DNA of 64,000 nt from an uncultured Porphyromonadaceae bacterium (lineage in GTDB: Bacteria > Bacteroidota > Bacteroidia > Bacteroidales > Muribaculaceae): assembly GCA_947177405.1 (NCBI GenBank), contig CAMWUJ010000003.1:13427-77426 (forward strand), given 5' to 3'. Positions 18,179-27,805 of this stretch are shown piece by piece; position 1 is the first letter of the stretch, and each line of letters opens with the position of its first letter. A program made the translations under genes and the position numbers. The notes beneath the pieces were generated by a model. The model saw only the letters and a list, made by a program, of their open reading frames with translations. It did no database searches and had not been told where the DNA came from.

Positions 18179-19378
18179 TTATAATATCATCAGGTATATA
18201 AAGATAAAAATTATTGTGGCTGTCGCAAATCCTAACAAAAAGGAGAAACGGTCTATACGGGCAATATTGTATCTTGACAAGAAATTTTTCTTGTCTGATT
18301 CCTCTGGAGTTACAAGAGTATTTGAATCTTCTATATCCTCCGGGGTTCCTATCTGATCTATAGCCAAATTCTGATCTGAAGCCGAATTCTGATCATCTTT
18401 TACGACCGCTCCAGAGTCCGGATCTTCCAAATCGATCTCTGATGTCTCCCTTGAATCATTCGTAAGGTTCTCTCCCTCTTCTAAATGGGTCTGAGAATCA
18501 TCAGGAGTGTCAATATTCTCTTTTGTCACCGGATCTTCCGACTTCTCCCCGGTCGCCTCCGTTATCTCTTCCACAGTCTCTTGAGATTCATCCTCCGAAT
18601 TCTCCACACCCTCAATATTATCCTCTTCCAACCGTTTTTGCCTCAACATAAGCAATTCCGGTAAGAAAATGCCGGGAAGAGAAGATTCCACCTTAACAGG
18701 ATTATCCGTGAGAAGGATCAGCCCGAAATGACGATACTGTTTCTTGAATCCTCCGGAAAGTACAAGCTGAAGTTCTTCGTCATCCTCCAACGCGAGATAG
18801 CCAACTCTTGAGCCTTTCATTTCCTTTAGATTATCATTTTTGAATTCTATAGGATTTCCTTCTGAAATGAATTGGGATAACGCTTCTGAGAGGCGGGGAT
18901 TATCCTCCTCTTTTTTTTCTTCTTGAGATTCTTTATCCGGAAAATCCTTATGGAATATTTCGGGCACGATATCAATAAAAGCCTCCGGAGATTCAAAAGC
19001 CTCAGGATGGTCGAAAACCAAAGGCAATTCCTCAACACAAGTGGAAAGAATATCAGGTGGGATTTCAATCGCAATAGGCACAAAGATCCATAAGGCTTCG
19101 AAAGAGGAACGATACTCCGGAGAAACCTCTCTTCTTTTGGCCGCACAAACAAACAATCCTTCACTTGAGAAGCGTAGGAACAGACAAACGGAAAGAAAAT
19201 CGTTTTTCTTTATTCCCACTTCCTGAAGAATCTTGGTGAAGTCCACGTTATAATTGGTCGCAATATTCCATTTTCCTCCGTTGACCGCAGGAATCCCCGG
19301 ATTACCGGGAGAGAAATATTTAAGACCTAATTTACTCATCAACTGATATTTGTGAAGAAGATTTAAACGGTTCTGCAT
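18179..19378 (-). CDS. hypothetical tail-anchored protein with a long acidic disordered segment
   Basis: No signal peptide. About 250 aa of N-terminal domain, about 110 aa of D/E/S/T-rich segment, then a single TM helix at the extreme C-terminus (FSFLLGFATATIIFIFIYLMIL). The start is uncertain (M1 at 19378 or M14 at 19339), and either overlaps the upstream gene's end. Confidence 0.55.
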   Translation of the reverse strand: MQNRLNLLHKYQLMSKLGLKYFSPGNPGIPAVNGGKWNIATNYNVDFTKILQEVGIKKNDFLSVCLFLRFSSEGLFVCAAKRREVSPEYRSSFEALWIFVPIAIEIPPDILSTCVEELPLVFDHPEAFESPEAFIDIVPEIFHKDFPDKESQEEKKEEDNPRLSEALSQFISEGNPIEFKNDNLKEMKGSRVGYLALEDDEELQLVLSGGFKKQYRHFGLILLTDNPVKVESSLPGIFLPELLMLRQKRLEEDNIEGVENSEDESQETVEEITEATGEKSEDPVTKENIDTPDDSQTHLEEGENLTNDSRETSEIDLEDPDSGAVVKDDQNSASDQNLAIDQIGTPEDIEDSNTLVTPEESDKKNFLSRYNIARIDRFSFLLGFATATIIFIFIYLMIL

Positions 19379-20882
19379 TTACCGGTTCAGCTTTCTTCTC
19401 ATCGCCGGATACATTATTTGACACAGCCGGGCTTTTTTCTTTCACAGCAGGAGTCTCAGAGCCTGGCTTTACAGTATTAGACACAGGTTTGGGCGCCGGC
19501 ACCGAAATAGTAGATGTAGAAGAAGCCGGTGCGGGAGTCGGGGTAGTTATTATCCCGTCGGACTGTGTCAGGAAATTAGCCATCTTCTTTGCTGACCCGG
19601 AAGAATATGCATTGAATACATTGACACAGAACACGAGGTCGGTGATTCCATTATTCCTCACATAATTCTTCATATTATGTGTGAAATAGCGGAAATCCAC
19701 CACGTGAATCTCTTCAAAAGAATAGAAAAGATAACCGGGCAACGCATTTCCGTAGCTATCCTTTACAACCACAACTTTTCTACCGTTTTTAGTTCCGGTT
19801 GTAACCTTAGTCAATTTCTGGTCTCCTCCCATAAAAGTAGAATAAGCGGCACTGCTGCCATCCGGATATTTAACGAAATAGGATCCGGTCACGGGTTTAT
19901 GCTCATTGGTGACCTTATAATCCTTATTTACATCATACTGACGATACTCCGTGGTATAGTTCACGCCATTGGGTGTATAATACACGAAATCCTCCGGAGC
20001 ATTCTTCAACGATATATCATGGGAATATCCATACATTGATCCTACGTATCCTTTCACGACATTTCTGGTATAGCTCGACAACGGTTTGAAAGGCACACCT
20101 GCTGTGCGGGCAAACTCCTCGGCAGCATAGTATGCACCCAATGGAGCCCAGTGATGATCGGTGCGAAGATATATATCTTCTGTCACATGATCGGCAAGAG
20201 CATTGTAGGCGTTCACACCCCTGGCTCCGTTTTCCAGACGGGAATAAATATTTTTAATAAACGGTTGCTGAGGCTTTGTTACCTTCTTTGCCTTGTCGGG
20301 TGTATAGAATTCAGAGGAGAGTGGAATAACCATTGCATATACTTTCACTCCCGGGAGCTCGCGTTGATACCGGTTCACTGTATTGATGAATTCTCCTCCT
20401 CCTGTGGCCTCCCCGCCAAAAGCATTCAGAGCACGCACATTCTGCCCGCTGCCCACTATTATTATTCCTGCACTCGCTATCTTTGCATTCTCATCAGCAT
20501 TTATATGATTCTCATATTCTTCCAGTTCCCTGCCATAGGAATCAGCCTTATCTTCTTTCTTCCCTTCCGGAGAGGAAGGAGAATCTGTCTTATGAAAGGA
20601 AATTTTCTCTTCATCATTGCCAAAAGAGAATCTGATAGCATCTCTCACCTTCATACTTGCAGCCATGAAATGGTCGCGGTAAGGCTCGGTGTCGCTAAAC
20701 CATCCCGACACATCCTTTGTGAATCTTCCGTCAGCGACTTTCTCTGCGGAATATTGCGGGAATACTGCCAAATCTCTTTTTTCAAGTTCGGAATAACTGC
20801 TGCGCGGAAGACATAACATTACCACCGACAGCCCCACGAATGTCACCGATACTATCCAGATATATAATTTTGAAGGAGTCAT
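19332..20882 (-). CDS. DHHW-family protein (AlgX/AlgJ-like SGNH-type acyl-transfer partner of MBOAT)
   Basis: N-terminal TM anchor, the diagnostic LRTDHHWAPLGAYYAAEEFA motif, and a Pro/Ser/Thr-rich C-terminal tail. Confidence 0.8.
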   Translation of the reverse strand: MTPSKLYIWIVSVTFVGLSVVMLCLPRSSYSELEKRDLAVFPQYSAEKVADGRFTKDVSGWFSDTEPYRDHFMAASMKVRDAIRFSFGNDEEKISFHKTDSPSSPEGKKEDKADSYGRELEEYENHINADENAKIASAGIIIVGSGQNVRALNAFGGEATGGGEFINTVNRYQRELPGVKVYAMVIPLSSEFYTPDKAKKVTKPQQPFIKNIYSRLENGARGVNAYNALADHVTEDIYLRTDHHWAPLGAYYAAEEFARTAGVPFKPLSSYTRNVVKGYVGSMYGYSHDISLKNAPEDFVYYTPNGVNYTTEYRQYDVNKDYKVTNEHKPVTGSYFVKYPDGSSAAYSTFMGGDQKLTKVTTGTKNGRKVVVVKDSYGNALPGYLFYSFEEIHVVDFRYFTHNMKNYVRNNGITDLVFCVNVFNAYSSGSAKKMANFLTQSDGIITTPTPAPASSTSTISVPAPKPVSNTVKPGSETPAVKEKSPAVSNNVSGDEKKAEPVNAEPFKSSSQISVDE

Positions 20883-20894
20883 TATAATTCAGGT

Positions 20895-22388
20895 CTAAAA
20901 ACGGGTATAGATAAAAGCGTTGTTTGTGGCTCCTACAAGAAGAGTGACACAAAGAAGAAGGATTACAACCGAGGCACAAGCTTTCAACGTTGCTTCCACA
21001 TAATTGCCTCCTTCCGGATGACGCGGGAGCAATTTTGATACTCCTGTCTCAATCCAACGACGCAACGGAATACACAGCAGCAACGCTATAACCCATATCC
21101 AGAAGTTATCAGTCAAGGCTGTCTCCTCAACTATTGTATATGAAAGTTCACGCTGTCCGAATGCAGAACTAAACCACATTCTCATCTTGTCGAAATCATC
21201 GAAATAGAAAATAGCCCAACCCACAACAACTATAAAAAGAGCGTAAATATGCATCACGAAGCGAGGTATGTAACGCTCCACCTTAAGAATGGTATATTTC
21301 TCAATTACCAATATCAAACCGAAATAGAGACCCCAGAGTATAAAGTTCCAGCTGGCGCCATGCCACATTCCGGTGAGAAACCATACCGTGAGGAGATTGA
21401 GCATCTGATGCCGACGGTTTCCTCCCATAGGGATATAAGCATAATCACGAAAAAATGAACCCAGCGACATGTGCCATCTGCGCCAGAAATCAGTGATCGA
21501 TCTGCAGCAGTAAGGATGATTGAAATTCTCATTGAAATGAAATCCCATAGCTCGTCCAAGTCCGATTGCCATATCCGAATATCCAGAAAAATCAAAATAG
21601 ATCTGCAGAGAGAAGGCTCCCATGCCAATCCAGGCTCCCCACATCGAAAGGTTCTCCACCCCGTCGGCAAGGAATTGCGTGGATATTTCCGAAAGGATAT
21701 TCGCAAGAACCACCTTCTTTCCAAGCCCTATGAAAAATCTGTAAGCCCCCTCCATAAAGTCAGATGAAGAAACCTTACGGTCGTGTATCTCATGGGCTAC
21801 TGTGCCATAGCGCACTATAGGTCCGGCTATCAATTGTGGGAACATGGCGATATAGAGCAGGAGGTCAAAGAAATTTCTCTGTACAGGCGACTCTCTCCGA
21901 TATACATCCACAAGATAGGAAATCGACTGAAATATATAAAAGCTGATACCTATAGGTAGGGCAAGGCGGGGAGCATTCAAATCAAGTCCGAGAGATTTCA
22001 AGGAGTCGTTGAAAAACCCGAGATACTTGAATGTGCCTAATATGGCAATATCGAGCACTACACCAATCACCAGCCAAAATTTTCTTGCTTTCTTTGTGGC
22101 TGCTATGGAGAGACCGCAAAAATAATTAATGATCACACATACAATCATCAGGAATACATAGACAGGCTCTCCCCAGGCATAAAAAAGCAAGGAGAATATT
22201 ACCAAAGCGAAATTTCGCGCCCGGAATTTTGGCTTCTGAAAACCGGCCTCCTTAGGATCTTCGTCAAAAAGGATAACACCCTCTTTGTGGCGGAAAAATA
22301 CTTTCTTATCGAGCCATGTTGCAAACAGATAAAGCAACGCGAACGCCGGGATGAAAACGAAAATGAAAAATAGATCAGAAAATACCAT
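20895..22388 (-). CDS. MBOAT-family O-acyltransferase (AlgI/DltB/PatA-like)
   Basis: 497 aa polytopic protein. WRRWHMSLGSFFRDYAYIPMGGNR and WHGASWNF contain the conserved MBOAT His. Confidence 0.9.
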   Translation of the reverse strand: MVFSDLFFIFVFIPAFALLYLFATWLDKKVFFRHKEGVILFDEDPKEAGFQKPKFRARNFALVIFSLLFYAWGEPVYVFLMIVCVIINYFCGLSIAATKKARKFWLVIGVVLDIAILGTFKYLGFFNDSLKSLGLDLNAPRLALPIGISFYIFQSISYLVDVYRRESPVQRNFFDLLLYIAMFPQLIAGPIVRYGTVAHEIHDRKVSSSDFMEGAYRFFIGLGKKVVLANILSEISTQFLADGVENLSMWGAWIGMGAFSLQIYFDFSGYSDMAIGLGRAMGFHFNENFNHPYCCRSITDFWRRWHMSLGSFFRDYAYIPMGGNRRHQMLNLLTVWFLTGMWHGASWNFILWGLYFGLILVIEKYTILKVERYIPRFVMHIYALFIVVVGWAIFYFDDFDKMRMWFSSAFGQRELSYTIVEETALTDNFWIWVIALLLCIPLRRWIETGVSKLLPRHPEGGNYVEATLKACASVVILLLCVTLLVGATNNAFIYTRF

Positions 22389-22737
22389 CTGAAATTATAT
22401 TATAATACTTCTTACAAAACGTATTTAATACTGAATTTAGCCTCTTTTGATAACCGATGGAAAAAGCCGGCAAATTTGACCTGCAAAATTAATATTTAAA
22501 TGTGGATTAAACAACAAGAAACCATCTGAGTTAACGATATTCAGAAAATATATACCAATTTTTCATTTTATCAAATAATTGTTTTCTGATTCTTGTTAAT
22601 AATATAGTTGAGAATAAAAAAATACGGAAGACAGTAGCGGGACAATCCCTTCATTGTCTTTGATACTCTTTTCGGGAAATTATTTTAAAATGATTTCACC
22701 TAAATTATAAGATTATACTTAAAGAAAAGTTATAAAA

Positions 22738-23580
22738 ATGAAAACAATAGAAAATACGGAATTTGGAGGCGAACGACCTCTATTCGCATCTCACGATCTG
22801 AAACTTGATAACGTCACAATCCATGCCGGGGAGTCGGCACTTAAGGAATGTTCGGATATCGAGGCTGTCAACTGTAGATTTGAAGGGAAATATCCTTTCT
22901 GGCATGTGAATAATTTCATAATCCGCAACTGTCTTTTCACGGAAGGTGCGCGTGCTGCTCTATGGTATTCAAGCAATCTTCAGATGTCTGATACTCTTGT
23001 TGAGGCTCCTAAAATGTTCCGGGAAATGTCGGGTATAATTCTGGATTCAGTGAAAATCCCCGATGCTCAGGAAACATTATGGCACTGTCGCAATATCAAT
23101 ATCCATAAAGTGGAGACTGCACATGCGGATTATATTTTCATGCACTGCGAGAATATTGAAATTGACGATTACCATCAGGATGGGAACTATTCTTTCCAAT
23201 ATTGCAAAAATGTGGTGATACGCAATGCCACCATCAATTCTAAGGACGCTTTCTGGAACACAGACAACGTGACTGTGATAAATTCCGAACTTAACGGAGA
23301 ATACCTCGGATGGCACTCTAAGAATCTCCACCTTATCAATTGCAAGATTTCCGGCACGCAGCCCCTTTGTTATTGCGAAAACCTGGTTATGGAAAACTGC
23401 ACAATGGCTCCTGATTGTGATCTTGCTTTTGAGGAAAGCGTTCTCAATGCAGACATTGACTCGGATATTACCTCAGTGAAAAATCCCACTTCAGGTGTGA
23501 TCAAGTCAAAAGGAATCGGAGAGGTTATAATTGACGAAAATGTAAAAAAACCTGCCGATTGCAAAATAATAATAAAATAA
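22738..23580 (+). CDS. DUF3737-like right-handed beta-helix repeat protein
   Basis: 280 aa, cytoplasmic. Periodic N/C/I-rich beta-helix turns (NCxF, NxxIxN). The N-terminus FGGERPLFASHDL..GESALKE resembles DUF3737. Confidence 0.55.
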   Translation: MKTIENTEFGGERPLFASHDLKLDNVTIHAGESALKECSDIEAVNCRFEGKYPFWHVNNFIIRNCLFTEGARAALWYSSNLQMSDTLVEAPKMFREMSGIILDSVKIPDAQETLWHCRNINIHKVETAHADYIFMHCENIEIDDYHQDGNYSFQYCKNVVIRNATINSKDAFWNTDNVTVINSELNGEYLGWHSKNLHLINCKISGTQPLCYCENLVMENCTMAPDCDLAFEESVLNADIDSDITSVKNPTSGVIKSKGIGEVIIDENVKKPADCKIIIK

Positions 23581-23595
23581 AAAGGGAATGAATCA

Positions 23596-24768
23596 ATGAA
23601 TAGGAATTGGTTTGACAATGTGCCCGACCGTCGCGGGTCGGGTTGCATGAAATGGGACGAAGCGACGGATGCCGATGTAATTCCGATGTGGGTTGCCGAT
23701 ATGGATTTCAAGACAGCTCCTGTGGTGATAGAAGCCCTTGAACGCAGAGTGGCCCATGGGGTGTATGGCTACACGTTGCTCCCCGACATTTATTATAAAG
23801 CTTTGACAGAATGGTTCGGGTCAAAACATGACTGGTTTTTCGAAAGAGACAGCGTGATAACGGTTCCCGGAGTTGTGCCTGCCATCTCGGCAATCATCAA
23901 AGCCCTTGTGCCTGAAGGGAATGGTGTTATTGTTCAGACTCCTGTATATAATTGTTTCTTCTCCTCTATTCGCAACAATAATTGCAAGATTGTTGAAGCT
24001 CCTCTCAAAAAAGTGGATTTCGACGACAATACATTCTCATATGTCATGGATTATGAGTCTCTTGAAGCCGTCGCTGCAAGAGACGATGTAAATATGTTTC
24101 TTCTCTGCAATCCTCATAACCCTGCCGGAAGACTCTGGAGCAGATATGAATTGGAGAAAGTTGCAGAAATCTGCCACCGCAATGGTGTGATAGTGGTGAG
24201 TGATGAAATACATTGTGAGCTCACAGAGCCGGGAAAGGAATACTATCCCTATGGTAAAGTGGATGATAAGGCTATAATATGTGTCAGTCCATCAAAAGCC
24301 TTCAATACTGCAGGTCTCCAGATCGCCAATATCATAACCCCTGATGATAACATACGACAAAAAATTGATCGTGCAGTCAATATAAACGAGGTTTGTGATG
24401 TAAATCCATTTGGCCCTGTTGGACTGGAAGCTGCCTATTCAGAGGAAGGGTATGAATGGCTATGTGCGCTCCGCGAATATCTTCGCAATAATTATGAATA
24501 TATGCTCGACCTTTTTGAAAGAGAGTTGCCCGAATGTAAGGTATCCCGACTGGAAGCAACTTATCTGCCGTGGGTTGATGTATCCTCTTTGCACCAGCCT
24601 TCAGAAAGAATAGAGGAAATTTTACTTAAAGACAATAAAGTATGGGTCAACAATAGCGAAATGTATGGTTCCAATGGCTTCATAAGAATTAACATCGCTA
24701 CCTCTTTCTCCCGACTTCGCGAAGGACTCGACCGTGTGGTGGCCGGTCTGAAGAATATCAAAAGCTAA
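23596..24768 (+). CDS. PatB/MalY-family C-S lyase (cystathionine beta-lyase-type aminotransferase)
   Basis: DRRGSGCMKWD, PMWVADMDF, LLCNPHNPAG, and SPSKAFNTAGL (PLP Lys). Confidence 0.85.
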   Translation: MNRNWFDNVPDRRGSGCMKWDEATDADVIPMWVADMDFKTAPVVIEALERRVAHGVYGYTLLPDIYYKALTEWFGSKHDWFFERDSVITVPGVVPAISAIIKALVPEGNGVIVQTPVYNCFFSSIRNNNCKIVEAPLKKVDFDDNTFSYVMDYESLEAVAARDDVNMFLLCNPHNPAGRLWSRYELEKVAEICHRNGVIVVSDEIHCELTEPGKEYYPYGKVDDKAIICVSPSKAFNTAGLQIANIITPDDNIRQKIDRAVNINEVCDVNPFGPVGLEAAYSEEGYEWLCALREYLRNNYEYMLDLFERELPECKVSRLEATYLPWVDVSSLHQPSERIEEILLKDNKVWVNNSEMYGSNGFIRINIATSFSRLREGLDRVVAGLKNIKS

Positions 24769-24788
24769 AATATTAAAACAAGAACGGT

Positions 24789-26258
24789 TTGAATGTAGAA
24801 ATCATCTCATCCGGAAAACCTCTATCATTTAAAGACCGGCTTTCGCTCACGGCCCGTCTTGCCTGGCCTGCCATCATGGCACAGCTTTCGAGTATTCTGA
24901 TGCAATATATCGATGCTGCCATGGTGGGCAGGCTCGGGGCTGACCCATCTGCAGCAGTAGGACTTGTATCGACCAGTCTTTGGCTCTTTTGGGGAGTGTG
25001 TTCAGCGGCTACGGTCGGTTTTTCTGTACAGATTGCTCATCGTATAGGAGCCGCCGATCATCATTCGGCCAAAAGTATTTTCCGACAGGGTATCACAGGA
25101 AGTTTCATTTTCGGTCTAATAGTAGGACTTATCGGTTTGGCTATTGCGGCTCCTCTCCCCCACTGGCTTGGGGGAACAGAAGAGGTATGTCCTCAGGCGT
25201 CGGTTTATTTCGCTGTCTTCGTGGCTGCCCTCCCTGTCCTCACCCTGAATTATCTTGGGAGCGGAGCTCTCCGGGCAGCCGGAAACATGATGGTGGCAGG
25301 AGGTCTTAATGTGATGATGTGCATGCTGGATGTGATTTTCAATCTTTTTCTCATTTTCCCGACACGGGAAGTATCACTGCTTGGCTCCTCCTTCACATTA
25401 CCGGGAGCCGGTTTAGGAGTATTAGGGGCAGCCTTAGGCACTGTAGGAGCGGAAATTGTCACAGCATCTCTGGTGATGTGGTATGCTGCCTTCAAGGAGA
25501 AGCATCTGGCTTTTTTAGGAAAATACAGTACAAAAGATGATGAATGTCCTGATATTTCACCTGAAAAGAATATAAAAATTAAAAAGAATAAAAAATGGTG
25601 GCCTTCAGGAACAGTCTTACATAATGCCCTTAGGGTTGCTGCTCCTATGACATTGGAACATGCCGTGATCTGTGGAGCTCAGATAATGATTACCGTAATT
25701 GTGGCCCCTCTCGGAGTCTTTGCTATAGCTGCCAATTCTTTTGCCGTTACCGCCGAAGCATTGTGTTATATGCCGGGCTATGGAATTGCCGACGCTGCCA
25801 CAACGCTGACAGGACAGAGTTATGGAGCCGGGAGAAAAGACCTTGCACGCAAGTTTGGTTGGTTGACTGTCTCTTCAGGCATGATTATAATGGGTATAAT
25901 GGGTATTGCGCTTTGGATATGGGCTCCTGATGTTATGGCATTGCTCACTCCCGTTGCCGGGATTCAGGAAATGGGAGCGTCAGCCTTGAGAATAGAAGCA
26001 TGGGCCGAACCAATGTTCGCCGCCGCCATTGTAGCATACGGGGTCATGGTAGGAGTTGGGGACACCGTTATCCCAGCCATCATGAATTTCTCAAGCATAT
26101 GGCTGGTAAGAGTTCCATTAGCTGCCATCCTGGCCGGCACGATGGGACTGAATGGAGTATGGCTTGCTATGTGTATCGAACTTTCCTTCAGAGGATTAAT
26201 TTTCCTTTGGCGGCTTGGTTCGGGAGCATGGTTAAAACATGGTTTGAAACATGGTTAG
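24789..26258 (+). CDS. MATE-family efflux transporter
   Basis: 12-TM protein. LAWPAIMAQLSSILMQYIDAAMVGRLG is typical of MATE N-termini. The track start is a TTG, and the first in-frame ATG is 30 codons in, so the start is uncertain. Confidence 0.85.
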   Translation: MNVEIISSGKPLSFKDRLSLTARLAWPAIMAQLSSILMQYIDAAMVGRLGADPSAAVGLVSTSLWLFWGVCSAATVGFSVQIAHRIGAADHHSAKSIFRQGITGSFIFGLIVGLIGLAIAAPLPHWLGGTEEVCPQASVYFAVFVAALPVLTLNYLGSGALRAAGNMMVAGGLNVMMCMLDVIFNLFLIFPTREVSLLGSSFTLPGAGLGVLGAALGTVGAEIVTASLVMWYAAFKEKHLAFLGKYSTKDDECPDISPEKNIKIKKNKKWWPSGTVLHNALRVAAPMTLEHAVICGAQIMITVIVAPLGVFAIAANSFAVTAEALCYMPGYGIADAATTLTGQSYGAGRKDLARKFGWLTVSSGMIIMGIMGIALWIWAPDVMALLTPVAGIQEMGASALRIEAWAEPMFAAAIVAYGVMVGVGDTVIPAIMNFSSIWLVRVPLAAILAGTMGLNGVWLAMCIELSFRGLIFLWRLGSGAWLKHGLKHG

Positions 26259-26321
26259 AACCATTTACATTAAAATCATTTTTATACGCAATAAGAATTA
26301 ATGATATAAAATTTAGAAAAA

Positions 26322-26353
26322 TTTGGCAGATTGAAATAAATTATATAAATTTG
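26322..26353 (+). promoter_or_regulatory. Bacteroidetes-type promoter of the trp operon (-33 TTTG at 26322-26325, -7 TAAATTTG at 26346-26353)
   Basis: Matches the TTTG / TAnnTTTG consensus with a 20-nt spacer, about 23 nt upstream of the leader-peptide ATG. Confidence 0.5.
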
Positions 26354-26375
26354 CAAGTAAAAGGAATAAAAATTG

Positions 26376-26432
26376 ATGAAAAAGAGCGTTAATATACAAT
26401 TTTGGTGGCACATCGGCATAAACATCCGATGA
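26376..26432 (+). CDS. trp operon leader peptide MKKSVNIQFWWHIGINIR with tandem Trp codons
   Basis: 18-codon ORF below the track's size cut-off. TGG TGG lies at 26403-26408, and the stop overlaps RNA segment 2 of the attenuator. Confidence 0.65.
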   Translation: MKKSVNIQFWWHIGINIR

Positions 26433-26482
26433 CATTAATTGTATATTCTCTTTAGCCCTGTTTTGCTGAAAGAAAGTTATTG

Positions 26483-26525
26483 AAAAGGCCATCGGTAAAA
26501 TTTTTCCGATGGTCTTTTATTTTTG
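26483..26525 (+). terminator. trp attenuator terminator hairpin plus U-tract
   Basis: AAAAGGCCATCGG-N10-CCGATGGTCTTTT (13 bp with one G-U pair) followed by TTTTATTTTTG, 30 nt before the trpB ATG. Confidence 0.7.
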
Positions 26526-26547
26526 TAATAAAAAGGTCAAAGTCGTT

Positions 26548-27777
26548 ATGAATAATACTATCAATACCCTGACTCCAAATGCCGATATCAATGTATATGA
26601 TCCGTTTCTCCCTGTAGATGAGAATGGGTATTATGGGTCGTTTGGTGGCGCTTACATTCCCGAGATTCTTCATTCTAATATTGAGCAACTGAAAGAGGCA
26701 TTTACCGAATATGTGAATGCACCGGATTTTATTGCCGAATATGAACAGCTGCTTAAAGATTATGTGGGTCGTCCCACTCCTCTTTATTATGCACGGCGCC
26801 TTTCAGAAAAATACGGAACCCGGATATTTTTGAAGCGTGAGGATCTGTGCCATACGGGCGCACATAAGATTAACAATGCCATAGGCCAGATTCTCCTTGC
26901 AAAACGAATGGGTAAACAACGCATAATCGCTGAAACCGGTGCCGGACAACACGGAGTTGCCACCGCAACGGTATGTGCTCTCATGGGTCTGGAATGTGTG
27001 ATCTATATGGGTGCCACAGATGTTGCCCGACAGCGTCCCAACGTCGAACGTATAAAAATGCTGGGCGCTGAGGTGCGTCCTGTGGAATCAGGCAATAAAA
27101 CTTTGAAGGATGCCACCAATGAGGCCATCCGTGATTGGTGTTGCAATCCGGCCGACACATTTTATGTGATTGGAAGCACCGTAGGCCCGCATCCCTATCC
27201 TCAGATGGTTGCAAGATTTCAGTCGGTCATAAGTCATGAGATTAAGCAACAACTTAAACAACAGACCGGGCGAGAAACGCCCGACTATGTGATAGCATGT
27301 ATCGGAGGAGGAAGCAATGCAGCCGGAGCTTTCTATTATTTTCTCAAAGACAATTCAGTAAATCTGATAGCAGCTGAAGCTGCCGGATTAGGAGTGGACA
27401 GCGGAGAATCAGCTGCAACAATGCAATTAGGGCGGGAAGGAATCATACATGGGGCAAGAACGCTGGTGATGCAGACAGACGATGGCCAGATAGTGGAACC
27501 TTATTCCATTTCCGCCGGCCTCGACTATCCCGGTGTCGGACCGCTTCATGCCTATCTTTATGAATCCGGGCGCTCGGAGGTGATAGCAATTACCGATGAT
27601 GAAGCCCTCTTAGCAGCTAAAACTCTTACTCATCTTGAAGGAATTATTCCGGCGCTGGAATCCGCCCACGCTCTCGCGGTGCTTGACCAACGTAAATTCA
27701 AGCCTGATGATATTGTTGTCATCAATGTGTCGGGTAGAGGGGATAAAGATATGGAGACTTATCTCTCAAGACTTTAG
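26548..27777 (+). CDS. trpB: tryptophan synthase beta chain
   Basis: [10 protein letters not shown] (PLP Lys) and GGGSNAAG. I prefer the ATG at 26548, because the track start at 26509 lies inside the terminator stem. Confidence 0.95.
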   Translation: MNNTINTLTPNADINVYDPFLPVDENGYYGSFGGAYIPEILHSNIEQLKEAFTEYVNAPDFIAEYEQLLKDYVGRPTPLYYARRLSEKYGTRIFLKREDLCHTGAHKINNAIGQILLAKRMGKQRIIAETGAGQHGVATATVCALMGLECVIYMGATDVARQRPNVERIKMLGAEVRPVESGNKTLKDATNEAIRDWCCNPADTFYVIGSTVGPHPYPQMVARFQSVISHEIKQQLKQQTGRETPDYVIACIGGGSNAAGAFYYFLKDNSVNLIAAEAAGLGVDSGESAATMQLGREGIIHGARTLVMQTDDGQIVEPYSISAGLDYPGVGPLHAYLYESGRSEVIAITDDEALLAAKTLTHLEGIIPALESAHALAVLDQRKFKPDDIVVINVSGRGDKDMETYLSRL

Positions 27778-27805
27778 AAACATAGGATATTAATTTGAAG
27801 AAGAA

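Noticed and set aside
26452-26688. Track ORF 26452..26688(-), and the track trpB start at 26509.
   Set aside because: The minus ORF overlaps the attenuator hairpin and the trpB N-terminus. The 26509 ATG lies within the terminator stem (CCGATGG). The ATG at 26548 gives a normal TrpB N-terminus.
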